A DNA stretch of 32,000 bases from positions 1,590,001-1,622,000 of the forward strand of contig NC_000964.3 in NCBI RefSeq assembly GCF_000009045.1. Direction: 5' to 3'. The position numbers and the translations under genes are program-made. Every line of letters starts with the position of its first letter. Position 1 is the first letter of the stretch. Shown one piece after another: positions 9,283 to 18,918 of this stretch. This DNA is from Bacillus subtilis subsp. subtilis str. 168. GTDB taxonomy: Bacteria; Bacillota; Bacilli; Bacillales; Bacillaceae. Below the pieces are notes generated by a model, which was not told where the DNA came from, ran no database searches, and saw only the letters and a program-made list of their open reading frames with translations.

Positions 9283-12200
9283 ATGAGGAAAAAAACGAAA
9301 AACAGACTCATCAGCTCTGTTTTAAGTACAGTTGTCATCAGTTCACTGCTGTTTCCGGGAGCAGCCGGGGCAAGCAGTAAAGTCACCTCACCTTCTGTTA
9401 AAAAGGAGCTTCAATCTGCGGAATCCATTCAAAACAAGATTTCGAGTTCATTAAAGAAAAGCTTTAAAAAGAAAGAAAAAACGACTTTTCTGATTAAATT
9501 TAAAGATCTGGCTAACCCAGAAAAAGCGGCAAAAGCGGCTGTTAAAAAAGCGAAATCGAAGAAGCTGTCTGCCGCTAAGACGGAATATCAAAAGCGTTCT
9601 GCTGTTGTGTCATCTTTAAAAGTCACAGCCGATGAATCCCAGCAAGATGTCCTAAAATACTTGAACACCCAGAAAGATAAAGGAAATGCAGACCAAATTC
9701 ATTCTTATTATGTGGTGAACGGGATTGCTGTTCATGCCTCAAAAGAGGTTATGGAAAAAGTGGTGCAGTTTCCCGAAGTGGAAAAGGTGCTTCCTAATGA
9801 GAAACGGCAGCTTTTTAAGTCATCCTCCCCATTTAATATGAAAAAAGCACAGAAAGCTATTAAAGCAACTGACGGTGTGGAATGGAATGTAGACCAAATC
9901 GATGCCCCAAAAGCTTGGGCACTTGGATATGATGGAACTGGCACGGTTGTTGCGTCCATTGATACCGGGGTGGAATGGAATCATCCGGCATTAAAAGAGA
10001 AATATCGCGGATATAATCCGGAAAATCCTAATGAGCCTGAAAATGAAATGAACTGGTATGATGCCGTAGCAGGCGAGGCAAGCCCTTATGATGATTTGGC
10101 TCATGGAACCCACGTGACAGGCACGATGGTGGGCTCTGAACCTGATGGAACAAATCAAATCGGTGTAGCACCTGGCGCAAAATGGATTGCTGTTAAAGCG
10201 TTCTCTGAAGATGGCGGCACTGATGCTGACATTTTGGAAGCTGGTGAATGGGTTTTAGCACCAAAGGACGCGGAAGGAAATCCCCACCCGGAAATGGCTC
10301 CTGATGTTGTCAATAACTCATGGGGAGGGGGCTCTGGACTTGATGAATGGTACAGAGACATGGTCAATGCCTGGCGTGCGGCCGATATTTTCCCTGAGTT
10401 TTCAGCGGGGAATACGGATCTCTTTATTCCCGGCGGGCCTGGTTCTATCGCAAATCCGGCAAACTATCCAGAATCGTTTGCAACTGGAGCGACTGATATC
10501 AATAAAAAGCTCGCTGACTTTTCTCTTCAAGGGCCATCTCCATATGATGAAATAAAGCCGGAAATATCTGCACCGGGCGTTAATATTCGTTCATCCGTTC
10601 CCGGTCAGACATATGAGGATGGTTGGGACGGCACATCAATGGCAGGGCCGCATGTATCCGCTGTTGCTGCACTGCTGAAACAGGCGAATGCCTCACTTTC
10701 TGTTGATGAGATGGAGGATATATTAACCAGCACGGCTGAACCGCTCACGGATTCAACATTTCCTGATTCACCGAATAACGGATATGGCCATGGTCTGGTG
10801 AATGCTTTTGATGCTGTATCCGCTGTTACAGATGGATTAGGGAAAGCGGAAGGACAAGTTTCTGTAGAGGGGGATGACCAAGAGCCTCCTGTCTATCAGC
10901 ATGAGAAAGTAACTGAAGCTTATGAAGGTGGCAGCCTACCACTGACTTTGACAGCTGAAGACAATGTGAGTGTGACATCTGTAAAGCTGTCCTACAAGCT
11001 TGATCAAGGTGAATGGACAGAAATAACGGCTAAACGAATCAGCGGTGATCATCTAAAAGGAACGTATCAGGCAGAGATCCCAGATATAAAAGGAACTAAA
11101 CTAAGCTATAAGTGGATGATTCACGATTTTGGCGGTCATGTCGTTTCGTCTGACGTATACGATGTAACAGTGAAACCAAGCATCACGGCGGGATATAAGC
11201 AGGACTTTGAAACTGCACCCGGCGGCTGGGTTGCGAGCGGAACAAATAATAACTGGGAATGGGGAGTTCCGTCAACTGGCCCAAATACAGCAGCATCCGG
11301 AGAAAAAGTATATGGAACGAATTTGACAGGAAATTATGCCAACTCAGCAAACATGAACCTTGTTATGCCTCCTATTAAAGCACCTGATTCAGGAAGTCTG
11401 TTCCTTCAATTTAAAAGCTGGCACAATTTAGAGGATGATTTTGATTACGGCTACGTTTTTGTTCTTCCGGAAGGTGAAAAGAATTGGGAGCAGGCTGGTG
11501 TCTATAACGGAAAGACATCAAGCTGGACGGACGAAGAAATTGATTTATCGGCTTATAAAGGCCAAAACATTCAAGTGATGTTTAACCTTCAATCTGATGA
11601 AAGCATTGCAAAAGAGGGCTGGTATATTGATGATGTAGTGCTTTCTGACAAATCAGCCGGAAAAACAGTCAAAAAGAATAAGCTGGGCGTCGAAAAGCCG
11701 TCTGGAAAGCAAAAGAAAAAGCCAGTAAATCCGAAAAAGGCTAAGCCATCTGCAAACACAGCGGTAAAACATCAGAACAAGGCTATACAGCCTCAAGTTT
11801 TGCCGCTCAAGGCACAAGTCAGTGTAGTGGAAACAGGAAAATCAACATATTCAGATCAATCCACAGGGCAGTACACGCTGAAGCACAAAGCGGGAGACTA
11901 TACGCTTATGGCAGAAGCATATGGTTATCAGTCGAAAACACAAAAAGTATCTTTAAAGACGGATCAGACGACACAAGCTAATTTTACGTTAGAAGAGATG
12001 AAGAAGGGCACATTAAAAGGCACGGTCATCAATAAAACGACAGGAGAGCCGGTAACAGGCGCTTCCGTTTATGTTGTAGAGGATGCTGCGGTGGAACCGG
12101 CTATGACAAACGACAAAGGTGAATATATGCTGGAGGCCTATGAAGGCGCTTATACGATTAAAGTCGCTGCACCGGGTTATTACAGTGATGAATTTTCCGT

Positions 12201-13584
12201 TGAGTTAAAAGGTGATGTTACAAAAGAAACTGCATTGAAGCCTTTCGTCGGTTATCCGGGTGAAATTGCATATGATGACGGAACAGCGGAGAATGCCAAT
12301 TCCTATTTTGCTGCCGGTAACGGATGGGCGGTAAAAATGACGCTCGCTGACGGCAAGGACAAAGGCATGCTTACAGGAGGGCTGTTCAGATTCTGGGATA
12401 CAGAGTTCCCTGATCCGGGCGGCACAGAGTTTAAGGTTGAGGTATACGATGCCACAGGAAAAGACGGAGCACCGGGCAAGAAAATTGCAGGGCCATTTAA
12501 CGCGGAAGCTCTTCGCAATGGCGAGTGGACTAAGGTAGATCTCAGTTCAAAAGGGATTATGGTCGATAAAGATTTTTATCTCGTATATATCCAGTCGAAA
12601 CCTGATCCGTATTCACCTGGATTGGCAATGGATGAAACCGGCCAGAATTCCGGCCGCAACTGGCAGTATATAGATGGAAAGTGGCAGCCAGGTGACAAAG
12701 CGGATGGCAACTATATGATTCGCGCATTAGTTGATTATGAAGCTGCTGTACCTGAGATTACTTCACCGACAGACAAATCATACACAAATAAGGATAGCGT
12801 CACTGTAAAAGGAAACGCTTCTCCTGGCACAACGGTACACATTTATAATGGAGAGAAAGAAGCAGGAGAAACGAAAGCTGCTGCGGATGGCACGTTCCAT
12901 GCAGGCATCATACTCAACAAGGGTGAAAATGAGCTGACGGCAACTGCATCAACTGACAACGGAACAACAGATGCCTCCAGCCCAATCACGGTCACGCTTG
13001 ATCAAGAAAAGCCTGAATTAACACTGGACAATCCAAAGGATGGCGGGAAAACAAATAAAGAAACGCTGACTGTCAAAGGGGCTGTATCCGATGACAATCT
13101 GAAAGACGTCAAGGTGAATGGCAAAAAAGCAACAGTAGCTGATGGTTCATACTCAGCCCGTATTCTTTTGGAAAATGGAAGAAATGAAATCAAGGTAATT
13201 GCTACAGACTTGGCAGGCAACAAAACGACGAAAAAGACAGTCATTGATGTGAACTTTGACAAGCCTGTCATTTCCGGCTTAATTCCGGGAGAGGATAAAA
13301 ACTTAAAAGCCGGTGAATCTGTGAAAATCGCTTTCTCAAGCGCTGAGGATTTAGATGCAACGTTTACCATTCGTATGCCGCTGACCAATGCAAGAGCGAG
13401 TGTGCAAAATGCCACCGAACTCCCGTTAAGAGAAATCTCTCCGGGGAGATATGAAGGCTATTGGACTGCCACTTCTTCTATTAAAGCAAAAGGAGCAAAA
13501 GTAGAAGTGATCGTCCGAGATGATTATGGAAATGAAACAAGAAAAACTGCGAATGGAAAACTTAATATGAACACAGAAAATTAA
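9283..13584 (+). CDS. bpr: Bacillopeptidase F, secreted subtilisin-family (S8) serine protease
   Basis: Signal peptide, I9-like propeptide, catalytic motifs 'VVASIDTGVEWNHPAL' (Asp), 'HGTHVTG' (His), 'GTSMAGPHVSA' (Ser), and a long C-terminal region with carboxypeptidase-regulatory-like and Ig-like modules. ATG 9283 (MRKKTKN, 1433 aa) is better spaced from the GGGGG Shine-Dalgarno than ATG 9277. Confidence 0.96.
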   Translation: MRKKTKNRLISSVLSTVVISSLLFPGAAGASSKVTSPSVKKELQSAESIQNKISSSLKKSFKKKEKTTFLIKFKDLANPEKAAKAAVKKAKSKKLSAAKTEYQKRSAVVSSLKVTADESQQDVLKYLNTQKDKGNADQIHSYYVVNGIAVHASKEVMEKVVQFPEVEKVLPNEKRQLFKSSSPFNMKKAQKAIKATDGVEWNVDQIDAPKAWALGYDGTGTVVASIDTGVEWNHPALKEKYRGYNPENPNEPENEMNWYDAVAGEASPYDDLAHGTHVTGTMVGSEPDGTNQIGVAPGAKWIAVKAFSEDGGTDADILEAGEWVLAPKDAEGNPHPEMAPDVVNNSWGGGSGLDEWYRDMVNAWRAADIFPEFSAGNTDLFIPGGPGSIANPANYPESFATGATDINKKLADFSLQGPSPYDEIKPEISAPGVNIRSSVPGQTYEDGWDGTSMAGPHVSAVAALLKQANASLSVDEMEDILTSTAEPLTDSTFPDSPNNGYGHGLVNAFDAVSAVTDGLGKAEGQVSVEGDDQEPPVYQHEKVTEAYEGGSLPLTLTAEDNVSVTSVKLSYKLDQGEWTEITAKRISGDHLKGTYQAEIPDIKGTKLSYKWMIHDFGGHVVSSDVYDVTVKPSITAGYKQDFETAPGGWVASGTNNNWEWGVPSTGPNTAASGEKVYGTNLTGNYANSANMNLVMPPIKAPDSGSLFLQFKSWHNLEDDFDYGYVFVLPEGEKNWEQAGVYNGKTSSWTDEEIDLSAYKGQNIQVMFNLQSDESIAKEGWYIDDVVLSDKSAGKTVKKNKLGVEKPSGKQKKKPVNPKKAKPSANTAVKHQNKAIQPQVLPLKAQVSVVETGKSTYSDQSTGQYTLKHKAGDYTLMAEAYGYQSKTQKVSLKTDQTTQANFTLEEMKKGTLKGTVINKTTGEPVTGASVYVVEDAAVEPAMTNDKGEYMLEAYEGAYTIKVAAPGYYSDEFSVELKGDVTKETALKPFVGYPGEIAYDDGTAENANSYFAAGNGWAVKMTLADGKDKGMLTGGLFRFWDTEFPDPGGTEFKVEVYDATGKDGAPGKKIAGPFNAEALRNGEWTKVDLSSKGIMVDKDFYLVYIQSKPDPYSPGLAMDETGQNSGRNWQYIDGKWQPGDKADGNYMIRALVDYEAAVPEITSPTDKSYTNKDSVTVKGNASPGTTVHIYNGEKEAGETKAAADGTFHAGIILNKGENELTATASTDNGTTDASSPITVTLDQEKPELTLDNPKDGGKTNKETLTVKGAVSDDNLKDVKVNGKKATVADGSYSARILLENGRNEIKVIATDLAGNKTTKKTVIDVNFDKPVISGLIPGEDKNLKAGESVKIAFSSAEDLDATFTIRMPLTNARASVQNATELPLREISPGRYEGYWTATSSIKAKGAKVEVIVRDDYGNETRKTANGKLNMNTEN

Positions 13585-13590
13585 GTGGAA

Positions 13591-13621
13591 AAAAAGCTGC
13601 CGTCATTGGCAGCTTTTTTTA
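13591..13621 (+). terminator. Intrinsic terminator after bpr
   Basis: AAAAAGCTGCC (13591-13601) / GGCAGCTTTTT (13608-13618) followed by T's. Confidence 0.92.
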
Positions 13622-13640
13622 TATCCTCTCATTATACTTC

Positions 13641-13728
13641 CTCGACAAATTAAGCAGATTTCCCTGAAAAATTGTATTTTCCTCTCAACATTAATTGACA
13701 GACTTTCCCACAGAGCTTGCTTTATACT
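13641..13728 (+). promoter_or_regulatory. Spo0A-activated spoIIG promoter
   Basis: TTGACA (13695-13700), 22-bp spacer, TATACT (13723-13728). Spo0A-box-like CTCGACAA (reverse orientation) lies at 13641-13648. The overlong spacer and Spo0A dependence are established for spoIIG. Confidence 0.92.
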
Positions 13729-13778
13729 TATGAAGCAAGAAGGGGAACAGCGTGAGGCAAGAAAGAAAGGAGTCAGAT

Positions 13779-14708
13779 GTGAAAATCTATTTAGATGTCA
13801 TTTGGCTGTTAAACTTTTGTTTTGATGCACTTTTGCTTTTGCTCACGGCATTTATTTTAAAACGGCATGTAAAAAAAAGAAGACTGGTAGGCGGAGCGTT
13901 CATCGGTTCCAGTATTGTCCTTTTGATGTTTACTCCTTTTTCGCCGATTGTTGAACATCCGGCTGGGAAGCTAGCTTTTTCAGTTGTGATTGTGGTGGTG
14001 ACATTTGGCTTTAAAAGATTTCGGTTTTTCTTTCAAAATTTGTTTTCCTTTTATTTTGCCACTTTTTTAATGGGGGGAGGAATTATCGGAGCCCATTCTT
14101 TGCTGCAGTCAAATTCTATTGTTCAAAACGGTGTCATGATTACCAATCAAACAGGGTTTGGAGACCCGATCAGCTGGTTGTTTATTGTTGGTGGCTTTCC
14201 AGCATTATGGTTTTTTTCTAAAAGAAGAATTGAAGATATTGAAACAAAAAACATTCAATATGAGGAACGAGTCAGCGTGCAGGCAGATTTGGGCAGCCAA
14301 ACACTTCATGTCAGAGGCCTGATTGATTCCGGTAACCAGCTGTACGATCCTCTTACAAAAACACCGGTAATGATCATTTACATTGATAAACTGGAGCCGA
14401 TTTTCGGAACAGCCGAAACGATGATCATTCGAAACACAGACCCATTGGAAGCCATCGAACAGCTCGATGATTCCTTTCGCTTTTTAGATAAAATGAGGTT
14501 GATTCCATACAGGGGAGTTGGTCAGCAAAATCAATTTTTATTATGCGTTAAACCGGATCACGTAACGATTATGACAAAAGAAGAAATGATTTCTGCAGAT
14601 AAATGTTTAATCGGTATCAGCACAACAAAGCTGTCGGCAGATGGAGAGTTTGACGCGATTATTCATCCGAAAATGCTTTCGGGCAAGGCTGTCAAACACG
14701 TTTCATAA
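13779..14708 (+). CDS. spoIIGA: Pro-sigma-E processing aspartic protease SpoIIGA
   Basis: Five-TM N-terminus, C-terminal protease domain with '[14 protein letters not shown]' (DSG active-site motif). GTG 13779 gives 309 aa. Confidence 0.96.
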   Translation: MKIYLDVIWLLNFCFDALLLLLTAFILKRHVKKRRLVGGAFIGSSIVLLMFTPFSPIVEHPAGKLAFSVVIVVVTFGFKRFRFFFQNLFSFYFATFLMGGGIIGAHSLLQSNSIVQNGVMITNQTGFGDPISWLFIVGGFPALWFFSKRRIEDIETKNIQYEERVSVQADLGSQTLHVRGLIDSGNQLYDPLTKTPVMIIYIDKLEPIFGTAETMIIRNTDPLEAIEQLDDSFRFLDKMRLIPYRGVGQQNQFLLCVKPDHVTIMTKEEMISADKCLIGISTTKLSADGEFDAIIHPKMLSGKAVKHVS

Positions 14709-14770
14709 TGTTCGCAAATGTCCGTTACTTATCATACTCAAACGGCGTGACATTTAGAAGGGAGAGGAAG

Positions 14771-15490
14771 ATGAAAAAACTGAAATTACGGTTGACGCAC
14801 CTCTGGTATAAGCTGCTGATGAAACTTGGGCTGAAAAGTGATGAAGTCTATTACATAGGCGGGAGTGAAGCCCTGCCGCCTCCATTATCTAAAGATGAGG
14901 AGCAGGTTTTGTTAATGAAGCTCCCAAACGGCGATCAGGCGGCGCGCGCCATTCTAATTGAACGCAATTTGCGTCTGGTCGTATATATCGCCCGTAAATT
15001 TGAAAATACGGGAATTAATATAGAGGATTTAATCAGCATCGGTACCATCGGTCTAATCAAAGCTGTTAATACATTTAATCCAGAAAAGAAAATCAAGCTT
15101 GCTACCTATGCCTCCCGGTGTATAGAAAATGAAATCCTGATGTATTTAAGAAGAAATAACAAAATCCGTTCAGAGGTTTCCTTTGATGAACCGCTTAATA
15201 TTGATTGGGACGGCAATGAGCTTTTGCTTTCTGATGTGCTCGGCACTGACGATGACATCATCACTAAAGACATAGAAGCTAACGTCGATAAAAAGCTTTT
15301 GAAAAAAGCGCTTGAACAGCTTAATGAGAGAGAAAAGCAAATCATGGAGCTGCGGTTTGGGCTTGTCGGTGAAGAAGAAAAAACCCAAAAGGATGTAGCG
15401 GATATGATGGGGATTTCTCAGTCTTATATTTCGCGGCTTGAGAAAAGAATTATAAAAAGGTTGAGAAAAGAGTTCAACAAAATGGTGTAA
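14771..15490 (+). CDS. sigE: RNA polymerase sporulation sigma factor sigma-E (pro-form)
   Basis: Sigma-70 regions 2 and 4 ('[34 protein letters not shown]', '[23 protein letters not shown]') with pro-sequence [30 protein letters not shown] 14771 has a good Shine-Dalgarno; 239 aa. Confidence 0.98.
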   Translation: MKKLKLRLTHLWYKLLMKLGLKSDEVYYIGGSEALPPPLSKDEEQVLLMKLPNGDQAARAILIERNLRLVVYIARKFENTGINIEDLISIGTIGLIKAVNTFNPEKKIKLATYASRCIENEILMYLRRNNKIRSEVSFDEPLNIDWDGNELLLSDVLGTDDDIITKDIEANVDKKLLKKALEQLNEREKQIMELRFGLVGEEEKTQKDVADMMGISQSYISRLEKRIIKRLRKEFNKMV

Positions 15491-15564
15491 AAAATTTTAT
15501 GGTTAGAACCCCTTGATTTTACAGGGATTTCCTGATTTCGACAGTTTTTCGGTCTGAGTGCAGT

Positions 15565-15592
15565 GCATATTTTTCCCACCCAAGGAGATACT
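15565..15592 (+). promoter_or_regulatory. Sigma-F/sigma-G-type promoter of sigG
   Basis: GCATA (15565-15569) and GGAGATACT (15584-15592), ~14-bp spacing, upstream of sigG; known to be forespore-sigma controlled. Confidence 0.8.
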
Positions 15593-15629
15593 TAACGTTG
15601 TACAGCAGCTCCTGTAGGGAGGGAAAAAA

Positions 15630-16412
15630 GTGTCGAGAAATAAAGTCGAAATCTGCGGGGTGGATACCTCCAAATTACCAGTACTCAAGAATGAAGAGAT
15701 GAGAAAGCTGTTTAGGCAGCTGCAGGATGAAGGCGATGATTCAGCAAGAGAAAAGCTTGTAAACGGGAACTTGCGTCTTGTCTTAAGTGTCATTCAACGA
15801 TTTAATAACAGAGGGGAGTATGTTGATGACTTATTTCAAGTCGGCTGCATCGGACTAATGAAATCCATTGATAATTTTGACCTAAGCCACAATGTTAAGT
15901 TTTCAACATACGCTGTACCTATGATTATCGGAGAGATCCGCAGGTATTTACGTGATAATAACCCGATCCGTGTCTCAAGATCACTCCGGGACATCGCTTA
16001 CAAGGCGCTTCAGGTAAGAGAGCGGTTAATCAGTGAGACAAGCAAGGAGCCGACTGCAGAAGACATCGCAAAAGTTCTTGAAGTACCGCATGAGGAAATT
16101 GTATTTGCGCTTGATGCCATTCAGGATCCGGTTTCTCTATTTGAACCGATCTATAACGACGGCGGAGACCCGATCTATGTGATGGACCAAATCAGTGATG
16201 AGCGTAATACAGATTCACAATGGATTGAAGAGCTGGCTTTAAAAGAGGGCATGAGAAGGCTGAACGATAGGGAAAAAATGATTTTGAGAAAGCGATTCTT
16301 CCAAGGGAAAACCCAAATGGAAGTCGCCGAGGAAATCGGAATTTCTCAAGCGCAGGTGTCCAGACTTGAAAAAGCGGCTATCAAACAAATGAATAAAAAT
16401 ATTCATCAATAA
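15630..16412 (+). CDS. sigG: RNA polymerase sporulation sigma factor sigma-G
   Basis: 'EICGVDTSKLPVLKNEEMRKLFRQLQ', sigma regions 2/3/4, GTG start at 15630, 260 aa, immediately after sigE. Confidence 0.98.
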   Translation: MSRNKVEICGVDTSKLPVLKNEEMRKLFRQLQDEGDDSAREKLVNGNLRLVLSVIQRFNNRGEYVDDLFQVGCIGLMKSIDNFDLSHNVKFSTYAVPMIIGEIRRYLRDNNPIRVSRSLRDIAYKALQVRERLISETSKEPTAEDIAKVLEVPHEEIVFALDAIQDPVSLFEPIYNDGGDPIYVMDQISDERNTDSQWIEELALKEGMRRLNDREKMILRKRFFQGKTQMEVAEEIGISQAQVSRLEKAAIKQMNKNIHQ

Positions 16413-16413
16413 T

Positions 16414-16451
16414 GAAAAGCCTTTAAAACGATGTTGTTTTAAAGGCTTTTC
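16414..16451 (+). terminator. Intrinsic terminator after sigG
   Basis: Perfect 16-bp stem GAAAAGCCTTTAAAAC (16414-16429) / GTTTTAAAGGCTTTTC (16436-16451), 6-nt loop. Confidence 0.85.
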
Positions 16452-16559
16452 TATTGATTATGGATGGTTTACGTTTTGGAAAAAGTAAGGTATCCTAGTT
16501 CGTACAAAGTTTTATGAAAATTAAAACAATTATAAAAGGCAATAAAGAGGAGGACCACG

Positions 16560-17354
16560 ATGATTTTGCAGCTTGACAATGTCTCACTAAAACGGAATGG
16601 GAAATGGATACTGAAAGATATTCATTGGAAGGTGGAAGAAAAGGAAAATTGGGTGCTTTACGGCCTAAATGGCGCCGGGAAGACAGCGCTGTTAAATATG
16701 CTTTGCTCATATTATTTTCCAACATCAGGCGAGATGCAGGTGCTCGGCCATGAATTTGGCAAAACAGAGCTTGGGGAAAAGCTCAGACGTAAAATTGGCC
16801 TCGTCTCAGCAGCTCTTCAGCAAAAATTGTATCCGGCAGATTCAGCTTTTGAAATTGCTTTGAGCGGAGCTTACGCTTCGATTGGGTTATATGAAACGCC
16901 AAGTAAGGAAACCAGGGAAAAAGCGATAGGTTTGTTAGAGGACTTGGGAGCAATTGAATATGCCGATCGCCGCTATGAAACCCTTTCTCAAGGGGAAAAA
17001 CAAAGAGCATTGATTGCTAGAGCACTAATGGCCGATCCGGAGCTGCTGATACTGGATGAACCAGTCACAGGACTGGATTTTATTGCCCGGGAAAAGCTGT
17101 TAGATACGATTACATACATTGCAAACAAAGAAAATGCACCATCTATCCTTTATGTGACTCATCATGCTGAAGAAATTTTGCCTGTCTTTGATAAAGCCCT
17201 TTTATTAAAACAGGGAGAGGTTTTTGGATCCGGAGAAATAAAGGAAATGCTTACTGATCAAATACTTTCCGCTTTTTTTGATACGCCAATCCATGTATTA
17301 TGGAATCAGGATCGGCCGTTTTTAACAAGAGCTGAGCCGATAACGAATGCCTGA
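16560..17354 (+). CDS. ylmA: ABC-type ATP-binding protein YlmA
   Basis: Walker A 'GLNGAGKTALL', signature 'LSQGEKQRALIARAL', Walker B 'LLILDEPVTGLD', H-loop 'VTHHAEE'. 264 aa. Confidence 0.93.
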   Translation: MILQLDNVSLKRNGKWILKDIHWKVEEKENWVLYGLNGAGKTALLNMLCSYYFPTSGEMQVLGHEFGKTELGEKLRRKIGLVSAALQQKLYPADSAFEIALSGAYASIGLYETPSKETREKAIGLLEDLGAIEYADRRYETLSQGEKQRALIARALMADPELLILDEPVTGLDFIAREKLLDTITYIANKENAPSILYVTHHAEEILPVFDKALLLKQGEVFGSGEIKEMLTDQILSAFFDTPIHVLWNQDRPFLTRAEPITNA

Positions 17355-17369
17355 CAAATATATATAGAT

Positions 17370-17458
17370 TCATCCTAGGGGTGCTTTGCGAAGCTGAGAG
17401 AGACTTTGTCTCAACCCTTTTGACCTGATCTGGATCATGCCAGCGGAGGGAAGCGGTG
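17370..17458 (+). ncRNA. TPP (THI-box) riboswitch aptamer
   Basis: Signature segments 'GGGGTGC...GCTGAGAG...ACCCTT...GACCTGATCTGGATCATGCCAGCGGAGGGAAG' upstream of ylmB. Confidence 0.95.
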
Positions 17459-17494
17459 AAAAGCGGAGTACATCGGACTCCGTTTGTTTTTATT

Positions 17495-17527
17495 AAGCCG
17501 TTTCATCACATTTGAAACGGCTTTTTT
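17495..17527 (+). terminator. Riboswitch expression-platform terminator
   Basis: Perfect 11-bp stem AAGCCGTTTCA (17495-17505) / TGAAACGGCTT (17513-17523) then TTTT, between the TPP aptamer and ylmB. Confidence 0.92.
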
Positions 17528-17555
17528 GATTTTAAAGAATAGGAGCGGATTTACA

Positions 17556-18836
17556 TTGGATCAACAAATATACTCTTTGCAAAAAAAAGTGGAAGAACAT
17601 AAGGAGGAGCTTATTCAGCTTGCGAAAACGCTGATTTCTTATCAAACACCTGCTCCGCCTGCAAGAAATACAGAGGGCATTCAGTCTTGGATTGCGGGAT
17701 ATTTAAATGAATTGGGATTCTCGATCGACAAATGGGATGTGTACCCTGGAGATCCCAATGTTGTAGGGAAGCTAAAAGGAACAGATTCAGCAGATTATTA
17801 TAGCCTGATTATCAATGGCCATGTAGATGTGGCAGAGGTAAAAGAGGATGAAGAATGGAAGCACGATCCGTTTCATCCCATTGAAAAAAACGGTCTCTTA
17901 ATCGGGCGAGGCGCTTCCGATATGAAGGGCGGAATGGCTTGTGTGCTGTTTGCTGTCAAATTAATTCGTGAAGCAAGCATTGAACTTCCAGGTGATCTGA
18001 TTCTGCAATCGGTTATTGGGGAGGAAGTTGGAGAGGCCGGCACACTTGAATGCTGCAAGAGGGGCTACCACGCTGATTTTGCAATTGTCGCGGATACGAG
18101 CGATATGCATATTCAAGGCCAAGGCGGTGTCATTACAGGCTGGATCGAAATCAAAAGCAGTCAAACATTTCATGATGGAACGAGACGGAATATGATTCAT
18201 GCAGGCGGAGGAACATTCGGAGCAAGCGCAATTGAAAAAATGGCAAAAATCATTGCGGGGCTCGGTGAACTTGAGCGCCACTGGTCTATTATGAAAAGTT
18301 ATCCCGGTTTTAAACCAGGCACAAATACGATTAACCCGGCAGTTATAGAAGGCGGCAGACATGCGGCTTTTATAGCGGACGAATGCCGGCTGTGGATCAC
18401 AGTCCATTTTTATCCGAATGAAACCCATGACCAAGTGGCAGCGGAAATAGAAGATTACGTCAATCGGCTGAGTGACAGTGATATTTGGCTTAGGGAAAAC
18501 CGCCCTGTATTCAAGTGGGGAGGCTCATCTATGATAGAAGACAGGGGAGAAATTTTTCCGGCATTGGAAGTTGACCCTGGCCACCCAGGCGTCTTAGCGC
18601 TAACTGCCTCTCATCAGAAAGTGAAACGGGAGTGTCCAATTATTGACGTTTCTCAATCAGTTACAGATGGCGGATGGCTGTATGATGCCGGTATTCCATG
18701 CGTAATATACGGTCCTGGAGATCTGCACAATGCACACTCTGTGAACGAGAAGGTATCGATTGAGCAGCTAGTAGAGTATACAAAAATTATACTCGATTTT
18801 ATCATCAGCTGGTGCAGCCGGAAAAAAGAACAATGA
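17556..18836 (+). CDS. ylmB: M20-family amidohydrolase, likely N-formyl-4-amino-5-aminomethyl-2-methylpyrimidine deformylase (thiamin salvage)
   Basis: M20 motifs 'IINGHVDV', 'GRGASDMKGGMA', 'IGEEVGEAGT', under a TPP riboswitch. Likely TTG start at 17556 with AGGAGCGG Shine-Dalgarno at 17541. The track start (17484) lies inside the leader. Confidence 0.9.
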   Translation: MDQQIYSLQKKVEEHKEELIQLAKTLISYQTPAPPARNTEGIQSWIAGYLNELGFSIDKWDVYPGDPNVVGKLKGTDSADYYSLIINGHVDVAEVKEDEEWKHDPFHPIEKNGLLIGRGASDMKGGMACVLFAVKLIREASIELPGDLILQSVIGEEVGEAGTLECCKRGYHADFAIVADTSDMHIQGQGGVITGWIEIKSSQTFHDGTRRNMIHAGGGTFGASAIEKMAKIIAGLGELERHWSIMKSYPGFKPGTNTINPAVIEGGRHAAFIADECRLWITVHFYPNETHDQVAAEIEDYVNRLSDSDIWLRENRPVFKWGGSSMIEDRGEIFPALEVDPGHPGVLALTASHQKVKRECPIIDVSQSVTDGGWLYDAGIPCVIYGPGDLHNAHSVNEKVSIEQLVEYTKIILDFIISWCSRKKEQ

Positions 18837-18918
18837 CATGAAAATTTCTTCTTGCTGACAAGGTTCAGCCTGCCCGTTCATATACTTGAACAAAAGGACG
18901 GAAAAAGGACGTGATGGA

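Noticed and set aside
10304-10555. 83-aa + strand out-of-frame ORF within bpr
   Set aside because: Lies between the His and Ser catalytic motifs of an intact frame; alternate-frame noise.
13002-13415. 137-aa minus-strand ORF opposite bpr
   Set aside because: Antisense to the Ig-like modules of bpr, with no recognisable domain or ribosome-binding site.
17484-17555. N-terminal extension of the ylmB ORF (MFLLSRFITFETAFLILKNRSGF)
   Set aside because: It translates the riboswitch terminator hairpin. The start at TTG 17556 with AGGAGCGG upstream fits the M20 protein better.
17961-18434. 157-aa minus-strand ORF opposite ylmB
   Set aside because: Entirely antisense to a well-supported M20 enzyme, low-complexity family-less translation, no start context; a by-product of coding-strand composition.
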